This document shows positions 17,761 to 28,728 of a stretch of 64,000 nt of DNA, piece by piece. The translations under genes were made by a program, and so were the position numbers. Within the stretch, counting starts at the first letter, position 1. Each line of letters begins with the position of its first letter. The DNA is from Paragordius varius. Lineage: Eukaryota; Animalia; Nematomorpha. Below the pieces are notes generated by a model, which made no database searches, was not told where the DNA came from, and worked only from the letters and a program-made list of their open reading frames with translations. Location of the stretch: contig OZ176052.1 of the NCBI GenBank assembly GCA_964247055.1, positions 4,650,001 through 4,714,000 on the forward strand, read 5' to 3'.

Positions 17761-20700
17761 ATAAAAAATAGTAATTGGCCCAATATCTTAAATCTATAAC
17801 TGGTCGAAAAACTGACGGTTTAGGACCAATTAAATTTTTTGCTTTCAATGGTGAAGAGTATAGGTATGATGTTTGATAGCTCCTGTTCCTTTCAAATGTG
17901 ACAAAGGGTGTAAGTAGAAATTGGAGAAAAGTTGAAATCAAATCTCGTTTCATGTATATCAATTTTAATCGTGTTTCATACTATAATCAAAGAAAAAATC
18001 GATTAATAATCTATAAATGATGTAAATTTTGAGGCGTTTTAGATTAGTGACAAGATAAAATAGATTATTTATATATAGGTCTAATATTTGTTTAATATGT
18101 TAAAATAATAACATATAGTTAATACTTATTTAAATTTTATTGTTCAGAAGCTTTATATTTACGGCATTTTATTTAATCATAGGTGTACCATAAATTAAGA
18201 TATTTTTTGTATATAAATTTTTTTGTTAATTTTAAAGAATTGGCCCAAATAGCCTACAACAGTTATATAGTTGCTAAAATAAATACATTTTATTTTTAAA
18301 ATAATAATCAGTAAGGTTTTGTAAAAGAGCATAGTAACCCCTCCCTAATTATCTAAAAGATAATACGATTGCAATAATTTCAAAACACAGATTAACATAT
18401 AACGACTAATATTGTAATTAAATGATTATCTAACCTTTTGATTAACAATTTTAGCCAATATGCACAAAAGTCTAACAAGCCAGGCACATTCATAAGAACG
18501 TATCGGTTTTTCATCCAAAAAGTGATTTATTTTACTCGTATTATGTGTTATGAAAGTTGAGGAATCACTCTAAAATAATAGTATATAATAAAATAAAAAT
18601 AACTGACGTTCAACGAGTGATGAAATAAATAGTTAAAGAATAAAATATAAACCTTATAACCAGAATCAGTTAAGTTTGATCGTTTAGATGATTTGAGCAT
18701 GTGTGGTATCTGAAATATAATATATGTAAGATTATATATATTATTATATATATATAAACCTCAAACATATCTTCCAAACATTTTATGCAAAATTCCAAAT
18801 CTTTGAAACCCTTTTCCATATTAACATGATTGTTATTGGCACTTGTAAACGAATGAGATGGGTACATTCCAAAGTGTTTTTTAACCCATGAACCTAACCC
18901 ACTGTTATGGTTATTTCTAAAAATTTGGAAATTAAAATTATAAGTTGGAATAAGGATATAAATCGTTAAATTAGATATTATCTATTATTTTTATATGTTA
19001 AGCAACGTAAAAACATAAATAAAGAGAGTTTTACTTATGAATATTATTTAATAGCAAATGCTCTCTCTCTCTTTTAAAAGAATATTTTAAAATATAAATT
19101 TCAAAATATAATTTTTTATGGCAAAAAACTTACGGTAAACTATTTTCCAAGACGCTAAAGTCAGGGTTGGCATATGGTTGATTCAAAAATTTATTTTCGT
19201 AAGATGCTGCTTTGTCAATATGGTAATTCTTAGTATTTTCTGGCATTGCCATAAGTGTTAGAAATAAAGGTGAGGTATCTATAACATTCCTTTGTCGATA
19301 ATCGGTTAATAAATGGTTAAATTTGATATAATAATAAGCGTATCGAAAATGGAAAGTCAACCATTCCACAATGATGCCCCTCCCAGTAAACCAACGGCCA
19401 ATTGTTGATAATGTGAAGCAGTTCTTTAATGATAACAGGTGTGAACATAAATATTGTAAGATTCGGGTTGTTTGAAATAAATTGTACCATCCTGGGATCA
19501 AGTTATGTTCTGGAAAAAAATAAAAAATATAAAAATCGAAATTGTCAAAAAATATATAAATTTCATAAAAAAAATATAGTAAAATAAAGTAGGTATAAAA
19601 ATTTTTTTATAAATAATTGATATAACGAAAAAAAGAAAAATCTACCTATTTGAGAATCGTTAAAATAATTTAATTTGCTAAAATATGTGGATCCGTGCTT
19701 TTGCAAATACCAATCACACCAATCATAACTCGTATGGAGTTTGGGCAAAAATTGTGTTTGAATAAAGGATTTAAGCGTTATCATATCCTGATCGCCTGAT
19801 AAAAATAATTAATTAATATATACCATTTACATCATTTCATATTACCCTCAAACGTTCGATTTCACCCTTGAATATATCAGATTTATCCTGGATTTATGAT
19901 CACATATAATAAATTATAAATTTTTAATAACAAAAATTACTTATATTTTTTATAGTTTTAAGAAATTATGTTTCAAATCTACATAATACAAAACAAATAA
20001 TATATTCCATAAAGAAATATTTATTAATGATGAATTATATTAATCCCAAAACACGTAATTTATTTTTGACCGGCAATGTGTTTTGTTTCCAAGATAAAAT
20101 ATATAAAATACATTACTTGAATAGCATTTGTTAAGCAAGAGAATGACGTGATTTTCATCATATATCTGTGCATAGATGTGGGAATAATATAAAAATAAAG
20201 TCATATATTAAAATTGAAAATGTTAAATTATTATTTTATCAAATTAAGATCCAAACTAATTACCCTTAAAATCTTTTTGAGAGTAGCCAGGTTTTTTGCA
20301 TTTAACGGTTCCTGCATCAAGCGATTGAGGTAAAGGCCAAATATGTTTATGTAAAATTGTTTGTTTCCAACAATGTATTTATGTCTAAAAATAAAAAAAT
20401 TTGGGTAAAAACCTGTTTATAAAGATGGGTGGATGATTATCATCGAGTTGGTTCATACACTTCCAGGGTTGGATAAAGGTAAGCCATAAATTCAATACCT
20501 AATATAATATAAATTAGTAATTTAAATCATTCTAACATGCATCATTGATTATATAAGTGTGTGGAATGGTGGCAAATATATCGAGAAAAAATGGGAAAAT
20601 TATATATTGTGTGATATTATTAATATAATAAGATTATGTTTTATCATATATAATGATTCATTAATTAATTTCAACAGTATATCTTGCACAGAATATAAAA

Positions 20701-23090
20701 CATGAATTGCAGTAAATGTTACTAGTTTGTGGCAAATTCTCTAAAATTCAAATAATATTTTTGATACATTTAAATTAAAATATTGGTGACTTTTATTAAC
20801 TCTCAAAAAAGAGATAAGATTATTAAAGTAGCTGCTGGCGTAAGATGCTTGGATATACTAGGAAAGATGAAATTAACAATGAAAAGCTAAATACACAAAT
20901 AAATCCTAAAAAAATATCTTAGAGATGATTTACAAACGAATGTTAACAAGTTAACATATTTTGGCTATGTTTTGCGGTATAATTGTAAAGGTAGAAGGGC
21001 AAAGAAAATGATGCCAATCACAGATGAGGTGATTAGACATGATAAAAGAGCAGACTAAGATGGCATTGAAAGATTGAATGGGCAGTAAAAGATAGAAAGA
21101 AGCAGAAATTAATACTGCAAACTATATACAAAAAAATCGTTTAAGACTTAGGATAACTACCAACCAATCAACTGGGCAATCCTTTATTAGTACTAATTTT
21201 TTGTGGGACACACGAGGAAAAAATGGATAATAATAATCAAAAGGTTGGAGATGTTAACCACCATAAATTTTAATTAATATGTCAAAATAAAATCAATTTA
21301 ATATAAAAACCCTGTTTTGCGTATACCGATGATACCCCTAGTTGCTTTAGCGTTTCGTATAATAAATCATAATTTATCGAATCAAAAGCTTATTTATAGC
21401 GATAAAACACATGTTTAATTCTTAGTGAGACTCTCCAGATGTCATTAATCTACCCACGTTTGATGGTCTCTTAAGCTTTTTCGATTTATAAATCTGACTT
21501 GATTTTCTGGTATTCTAACTGTATAATATTGTGCATCCTGATTTATATTATTTTTAGCAGACCTTAGAGGGGCTATTGAGAGCTATCTTTTGATTCTGGG
21601 AAACATGTGAGAGGTTAAAAGGTAGAATATATCTGTGTATCTCCCAATATACAAAAAAGCCGATGCATTAAAAAGATCGAATCGTAACTCACGCAGTGAT
21701 ATACCATGGTGGTTAAAAAATACAAAACAGAATGCACATTATTGAGTCAGAAATACCAAAAAATTAGGCCGGATTCATGAAAAGAAAAAGCACAAGAGAC
21801 TATATCAAACATGAGAAGGATAATAAAAATATGAGATTATGAACTATGAATGTGTTTTATCGATTACAAACAAGACTTCGATTCGATAAATTGATTTCTT
21901 ATGGGAAACATTGAAGCAACTAGGGGTATCATCGATATAAGCATTCATTTTTTGTGTGTGTACAATAAATTAGTACAAATGAGTGTCCAGTTGATTAGAG
22001 AGACATATACAAATTTGATCATTAACACGGCATTTTTCATATGTAACTGAATATTCATCCAATTTATCAATTATAAAATTTAAGAAAATTTATTCAAAAT
22101 TTCTTAAAACTCATTTTTCTATTAATGCCCAAACTTACCTATTTTAAGTTGGTATGCAATAAATAAATGTTTTAACTTAGCAAATTTAAGATCAAAATAA
22201 ATCTAAAAAGAGTTACCAATTGAAAAGTGGGTAGGATTGGCCAATGCGAAAACATGTATTGAAAGTATTCGTAATAAATAGGATTTATATATTTGGGAAA
22301 TATAATAGCTTTAAATATGGATTGTGGTGAAGTAAGTTTTTGGTTTTCGAAATCTAATCGGTTCCCATCTGGTGTTAAATATAAACCAGAAAAATTGAAT
22401 AAGTAACATAAAAATATTTTATTCATCCTTATTAATTCTGGTGACATCATAAGATTAAAATTTGATAATTTATTTACATCCAACATGATTTCGACATATA
22501 TCTAAAACAGTTTATCATTTGATATATACCTCAATAAATATGATTGCAAGATAATTAGATGAATGGATAGTCGGTAAATTCAAGACATTTTTAAATAATT
22601 TGTGCTTAAAATTTTTTAAAGAGGAATATTTCATTGGGTTAATTTTAACGTTCCTTTGCGTATGATTGTTGAAAAATCTATCGCAATAATTTTGGAGCAA
22701 AAAATCATAAAGAGAATCTTTCAGTGTGAATTGATAATTATTTTCGGTCAAGTTAATTGGATAATAAATAAATTTGGCCAAGTAATATTCAAGCGATGCT
22801 ATATTATATATTGATATTACCGTCAGCTTTAAGTAGTATATCCATAAACACACCATCCCCTCTCAAAAAATTATATATAGACTCAAATTCCAACGACTCA
22901 TCTTCACACAAAGCTTCCAACTGCCACCCATCATTTAGATTAAAAATGCGATTAATAACTACATAAATATCATCCCGTAAATACTAATTGAATTATAAAT
23001 TTATACTTTTTCCTCGATATATTGTAAGTAGTTCGTAAGGTGACAAATTTGATCCGTAATTTGAGGAGTGTTAAAAATATTTTTTAACAT
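17761..23090 (-). CDS. SMPD4: Sphingomyelin phosphodiesterase 4 (nSMase3), multi-exon; last exon uncertain
   Basis: ATG at 23090. IFNLNDGWQLEAL..FLRGDGVFMDILLK, INPMKY, YFQYMFSHWPILPTF, VLNLWLTFIQPWK, PIRSYECAWLVRLL and DLRYWANYYFL match SMPD4 family motifs in order. Confidence 0.88.
20825..21150 (+). mobile_element. Decayed 3' fragment of an RTE-type LINE in an SMPD4 intron
   Basis: CWRKMLGYTRKDEINNEKL..INP and KLTYFGYVLR across frameshifts, typical of the RTE ORF C-terminus. Confidence 0.6.
21324..21937. mobile_element. Foldback MITE with ~240-bp imperfect inverted arms and TA TSD
   Basis: TA|TACCGATGATACCCCTAGTTGCTT ... AAGCAACTAGGGGTATCATCGATA|TA. Arms ~21324-21560 and ~21705-21937. Confidence 0.85.
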
Positions 23091-23165
23091 CTTAAGTCAT
23101 TTAAATTTGGGCTAATGGCCTTGACACTTGACTCTCTACATTCATAGAGTCATTTGGTGAACGGC
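23091..23165. promoter_or_regulatory. Putative compact bidirectional promoter region (SMPD4 / RPB9)
   Basis: Only 75 bp separate the divergent ATGs at 23090 (-) and 23166 (+). Confidence 0.6.
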
Positions 23166-25911
23166 ATGGATCATTCAAACGGACCCTCATTTGTTGGGAT
23201 AAAATTTTGTCAAGAATGGTATTAATAGAAAATTTAACAATTTACAGTAATAATATGTTATATCCAAAGGAAGATAAAGCCAACCGAATTTTATTGTATG
23301 CATGTCGGAATTGTGATTACCGTGAAGTTGCCGATAATAATTGCATTTACGTTAACAAGATAATGCATGAAATTAATGAACTCAGTCAAATAGTCTCGGA
23401 TGTTATTTCGGATCCAACTCTCCCCAGAACTGAAGATCACCCTTGCCCTCGATGTGGTCACAAAGAAGCCGTATTTTTCCAAGCACAAAGCGCACGTGCA
23501 GAGGTTATTTTTTTATCTTGCACTAAAAACATATTAATCCAATCTTTTCACCATAAAATGTAGATATAATTTAGTATAGTATGTTTATTTTACGCTGCTG
23601 TTAGCAATACAAACTTATTTAGGATAAATGCAATTATGTGGCAAAAAATATTGATTACGCTGTGTGAGTAAATTTATTTTACTAGTTTTGAGAAAATTAA
23701 TTCCAACTGAAGGTATTTATAAATAAATCTTTGATGTCACATACAATTGCCCTTCAAGAGTGTCCTTTAACTGTTAAAGGTGATCCTTCAACACTTCAAG
23801 TTGGTCTTTAAAATCTTAAAATTTTGATTTAATCATAATTTCATGTATTTTATTATTTTATCACTAGCGTAAATCTCGTGCTGTTACGCAGCCCGAGAAA
23901 GTCCTTCGGACATCTGGGGGCCATTTGAAAGTGACAATAAAATGATCCACATATGTGGATATTTCGAAACATTATTTAAGACTTCGATTCAAATTGGGGT
24001 ATCTAAATACCCCAGACCAAATTTGAGTTAAGTTTTTAAAAAACTACTGAAGGAAACGGTCCCAATTTAAATTTTTGCTTCTATCCTAATAAAAATTATA
24101 TAAATATGCCAAAATATCTGAATAAAATTTTGTTTTGAAAAAAAAGTTCCGTGTCAAACTACTTCGACGCCGCTAATTTTTTATTTAAATTATATCTAAC
24201 ATTGATAGAAATAGAAAAAGCGGTTTATTTTGTATTATTTCAATTTTACCATTGCACAAATGTCACGTTGACTAAATTTTTACCTTTTGGTTTTAGCTTA
24301 AAATAAGTAATATCAAGTATTTTTGAATAAATTTTTTTATATATTTCGATTATAAATGCAAAATTTTGCCATGATTTCGATTCCTTCCATAGTTTTTAAA
24401 GAATTTAATTTTAAACAGGCCTGGGGTATTTAACTACCCCAATTTGAATCGAAGGACTAAAATGAATGTGTTGTATCCAAGTGTTAATAACTATGATCTC
24501 ATAGGAATTTTAAAACGGTGCATACAAACTAATATATTGTTTAATTGGGCGAAAAATACATACAAAAAATTATTTTTGTGGACTTAATTTTTTAAAAAAA
24601 TGGCATATTACGGGGGGAGCGGGTAAAAAGAGGGTCCAAATTAAAAAAGCGAGTCGACTATGTTCGGCGCAGTCTAAAATAAGTAAACAAAAATCATATT
24701 TGAAATTGAATAGTCCAACACATTTTCGGGAAATTTGTCTCAAAGACAAGATTTTTTTATGGACTTGTGTTTTAAAAAACCCGTTTTTCACACGGGGTGG
24801 GCCCGAACTGGAGGCCTAATTCAAAAAAAAGGCGAAGCTGGGCATTCATTAATGATTACATTTTTTCGATATTTGGATTTGAATGGGTCTACCGGTTTTC
24901 CGGAAACAGATCACAAAGCCACATGACGGATCAGTTTTTAGCGGGTAGCTCTTCACCCAGCAGCTATCATCAAAGAAACGCTTGACTAAAATTTTTGCCT
25001 TTTAACAGGGAATACGTGGAATCTTTATTGAATTTTTACGGTCTCACCTTGGGCGAAAAGAGTCAAAAAATTATTTTTGCGGACTTTGTTTATTAAAAAA
25101 ATTGGCATTTTACAGGGATGAGCGGGTAAAAAGAGGGCCTAGATTCAAAAGGCGAGCCGACTATATTGCGCAATCGAAAATAAGTAAACTAAAATCATAT
25201 TTGAAATTGAATGGTCCAACACGTTCTCCGGAAAATTGTCTCAAAGACACGATTGTGGACCTCTGTTTTCAAAAAAAACCGTTTTTTACACGGGCTGGGC
25301 CCGAACTGGGGGCAGGCGGAACTATTGTCGGGACATTCATTAATGATTATATTTTTCGATATTTGGATTTGAATGGGTTTACCGGTTTTCCGGAAACAGA
25401 TCACAAAGCCAGCATTTTCCAAAAATATAGATTTTTTAACCTAATTATCTTATTTCAACAATATTATTAACATATAAATGTTTTTAATGAAAAATTATAA
25501 ACTAACCCAGAATACTTATATTACATGTTAAATTCTTATAAATAATTAAAATAATTTTAAAAAAATAATAAGATATTCGGTTTTTGAAAGTTAATATTGA
25601 TTGATATGTTTAATATACAAAATACTTAATTATACCATTTGATTGATAAAAAGTTAAAAACAAAATAAAAAAGTTTAAGAACCAAGTTGAAGTTTCGAGG
25701 ACACTCTTGAATTGCAAATGGTATATATTAAACCTTCTTTCCGGTTAATAATTTACAAATAATTTTTTATCAATTAAAACGACTTTTGATCAAATATTTA
25801 TAGCAATCATATATGTAGATATAATACATTGTTTTATTCAACTTTTAGGATGAAATGAGATTATATTACGTATGTACAGACCCAAATTGTGCTCATAAAT
25901 GGACAGAATAG
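23166..25911 (+). CDS. POLR2I: RNA polymerase II subunit RPB9, 3 exons (23166-23218, 23248-23503, 25849-25911)
   Basis: [56 protein letters not shown]|[20 protein letters not shown]. Confidence 0.97.
23980..24483. mobile_element. piggyBac-like MITE (TTAA TSD), copy 1
   Basis: TTAA|GACTTCGATTCAAATTGGGGTATC ... GTATCCAAGTG|TTAA. Confidence 0.85.
24546..25411. repeat. Two diverged GC-richer direct repeats (24546-24921, 25050-25411) with a 128-bp spacer
   Basis: Both start TGGGCGAAAA and end GGAAACAGATCACAAAGCCA, with shared internal blocks. Confidence 0.85.
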
Positions 25912-26199
25912 ATAGAAACTATTTTTGTTTTTACAATTCTGCTGTACATAATCAAATGTGATATATATTTAATAAATGTATAAATTTATTTTTAACAAAG
26001 ATTTTCTAGCATAATATTTATATATATAAATATAAAATCTATGAGATTAGAGGAGATCAGGGTTTCTCAGGGTCCGTCAAAGTTTCAGCAGTCTTTGTTA
26101 CAAAAAAATGATTGTAAGCATTGATGACCCGTTTACTGTGCTATAAATAAATAATTTTAAGAAATTAGACCCAAAAAATAAAATTGGAATTTTGAGCAT

Positions 26200-28510
26200 A
26201 AACAAAAATTTACAATAAAAGTAAGCATTAAATAGTAAGTATAAAAAAAGAAAAAAATAGCACATGGATAAAAAATTGTATAAATAGAAACAACAGAAAG
26301 TATGTATCAAGGGTCGTACATGGTGTAATTATTAGAAAAAATGTGTTGTTTTTTTTAATAAATTTGAAAAAAAACAAGATGTTGTTGATGGTGAATTTTT
26401 CTATAAAATATTTATTTTATATTTTTTTGTGAAAAATATTCTACCTATAAAATGGATAGTATTTTACAGGGAATAAACATATTGGACAATCTTGACAATA
26501 ATGAAAATAGCTCACATTCACCAGCAATTCTACCTCATTTATTTAAAACACAGGGTATATAATTATAATTTATGTTAAGATCCAGAACCAACTATTCAGA
26601 AACCCGATATTGATTACTGTGAGAATAACGATCATAATTATGATGATGGCTCGATTTCAGAAGAATCGAATTTTAATATTTGCTTAAATGCAATAGATGG
26701 TTATCAAGATTTATATAACAAGTCCTTAAGTTATTTTTTTTATAATTTTTAGTTACATTAAATGATAGTGTAGCAAATGAAACGACTACTAAAGATATGC
26801 CAGTTAAAAGAAGTATATTGTTTATTAAAGTAAAAGATTATCATTTTTGGACGGAACAAAAAATTAAAAAGGCATACAAAATATTTTCGAATCCTTTTGA
26901 AAACGAAAAACCATCTCGGGAATTTGTTGATATATTAGATATGTCTATTCCAGCAATCAACAAATTTAGGCGAGAGATGGTTTTAGGAATCGAAAAGAAA
27001 TCCAAAAAAACAGGAAGAAAATCAAAACTGGATAATCCAGTTTTGATTGAACTTGTTGAAAAAATTTACAAAAACTCATGCAAAACTACAATTGAGGAAG
27101 TAATATCCCAATTACCCGATTCCCTCAAAGTTTCGAAACCAACAGTACGCAAAATTTTAAAAAAATTAAAAATCACCCGTAAAAGGTGTATTTTGGAACC
27201 TCTCGAGAGAAACTCTCTTGATGTTGTACAAAAAAGAAAATACAATTATGCGCCTCAAACCAGATGAAAAAATATCCTCTCAGGATGAATCGGGATTTTC
27301 CCTTCAACCAAAAAATATTTATGGATAAGCACCTTTAGTGCAATTTCAGACGGTTTTCAAAAAGGTTTAATGAAAATAACATTATAGGAAAAAACTTGTC
27401 ACTACTCTGTATGTTTGGATTAACGGAATCATGAATTTTGAAATTAAAACGGGATCCTTTAAGGGGGACTCATTAAATTATTTTTGGAGAATAGACTACC
27501 TATGTTGCCTGAAGGTTCTTTCATCGTATGCGATAACGCACCAATTCATAAGGCTTCGGGTGCTTGGAGATTTAAGGGATAGGTTGATAATTTTACCCCC
27601 CTTTTTCCCCCAACTAAATCTCATTAAATGTTTTTTTCATGAATTAAAATTTTATTATAACAAGGCACCACGGTGCAAAAGATATTTCGAACAATATTCC
27701 CGAATAAGGCGTTTATGTGAGGAACGCGAATAAAAATCCTTAAAAAAATATTTCGAGTTTTCAAAATATATTTTGTAGCATTAATGGAAAAAAAATTAGA
27801 TAACGAAAATAATTACATGGGTTTTTTTATTGTTTCTCACTAAATGTCATTATTCGGTGGTATTTATAAATATCTTTATTTCAATATTGTATAACTTTTG
27901 TATGATAATATTTTGTGATTTACTCTTTCAACTTATTAATAAATTAAACATTTTATTTAGCCTTATTGATTGGTTATATCACATAATTTTACACAAACCT
28001 AAAATATGAACCATTTACATTGTTTTATAACTTAGTAACAAGAACAATAATGTATATTATGGTTAATTTTGTAAACACAATGGCATATATGGTATGAAAA
28101 TTAGTGCAAAATTAATTTAACAAGCGAAAAAAATGTTTAATTCGATTGATTGCTATTTTTTACCATACATTGCTCTTAAAAAATATTCAGAATTGTTTAT
28201 ATAAGAGCAACCTTTTAATCAGGTAGATTAGATGGTAAATCAAAATTCTTACCATATTAACTCTAAACAACTTATAGTTTTTGCAAAAAAATTATAAAAT
28301 AATATTAGGAGATCAACAACATATTGTTCTTCTCAAAATTAGTAAAAAAATATATTTTCCTAATAATTACTCAATGTACGACCCTTAATAAATAATTTCT
28401 GTTGTTTTTACTTATACAATGTTTAAACCATGTGCTAATCTTTTTTTTCTTTTAAATTTTCTTTTTTTCCATACTATTTAATTCTTGCTTTATTGTATTT
28501 ACCCATGTTT
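26200..28510. mobile_element. Second, older Tc1/IS630-like element with long imperfect inverted repeats
   Basis: ~26200-26440 is an imperfect reverse complement of ~28265-28510 (e.g. AAGGGTCGTACAT, TAGCACATGG, ATGTTGTTGAT). Exact termini not resolved. Confidence 0.7.
26452..27780 (+). pseudogene. Intron-containing Tc1/IS630-like transposase with acidic N-terminal extension; C-terminal half decayed
   Basis: ATG 26452. Introns 26555-26579 (25 nt) and 26730-26752 (23 nt) join in frame to KKTGRKSK..TTIEEV..VSKPTVRKILKK. Then DESGF, CDNAPIH and LPPFFPQLNLIK across frameshifts and stops. Confidence 0.8.
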
Positions 28511-28728
28511 GTGAAAATTAAAAACGGGTATATATTAGTAAATTAGTTACTTTTTAAATAAAACAATATTAAAATTATATATAAACTGTGAACCCTCTCC
28601 TTTTTCCCATTAACGACATAGCTTATGGTCCGCACTATGACCCTTTTTTCCAAAAATAAAATTATATTTTCTTTCCAATAATATTCAAATTTTACATCGT
28701 TTTACCGATTTTGATTAAACAATTAAGA

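Larger units (their letters stand above)
23742..25723. mobile_element. 21-bp-repeat MITE copy expanded by nested insertions
   Basis: Ends TACAATTGCCCTTCAAGAGTGTCC and GGACACTCTTGAATTGCAAATGGTA|TA. Internal 25430-25680 matches 51665-51950. Confidence 0.8.

Noticed and set aside
23895-23915. Hammerhead ribozyme
   Set aside because: The GTCC/GGAC stem is present, but CTGANGA and a correctly placed GAAA are absent on both strands.
24546-25411. TRIM/LTR retrotransposon call
   Set aside because: The TG...CA ends fit, but no TSD, PBS or PPT was found in either orientation.
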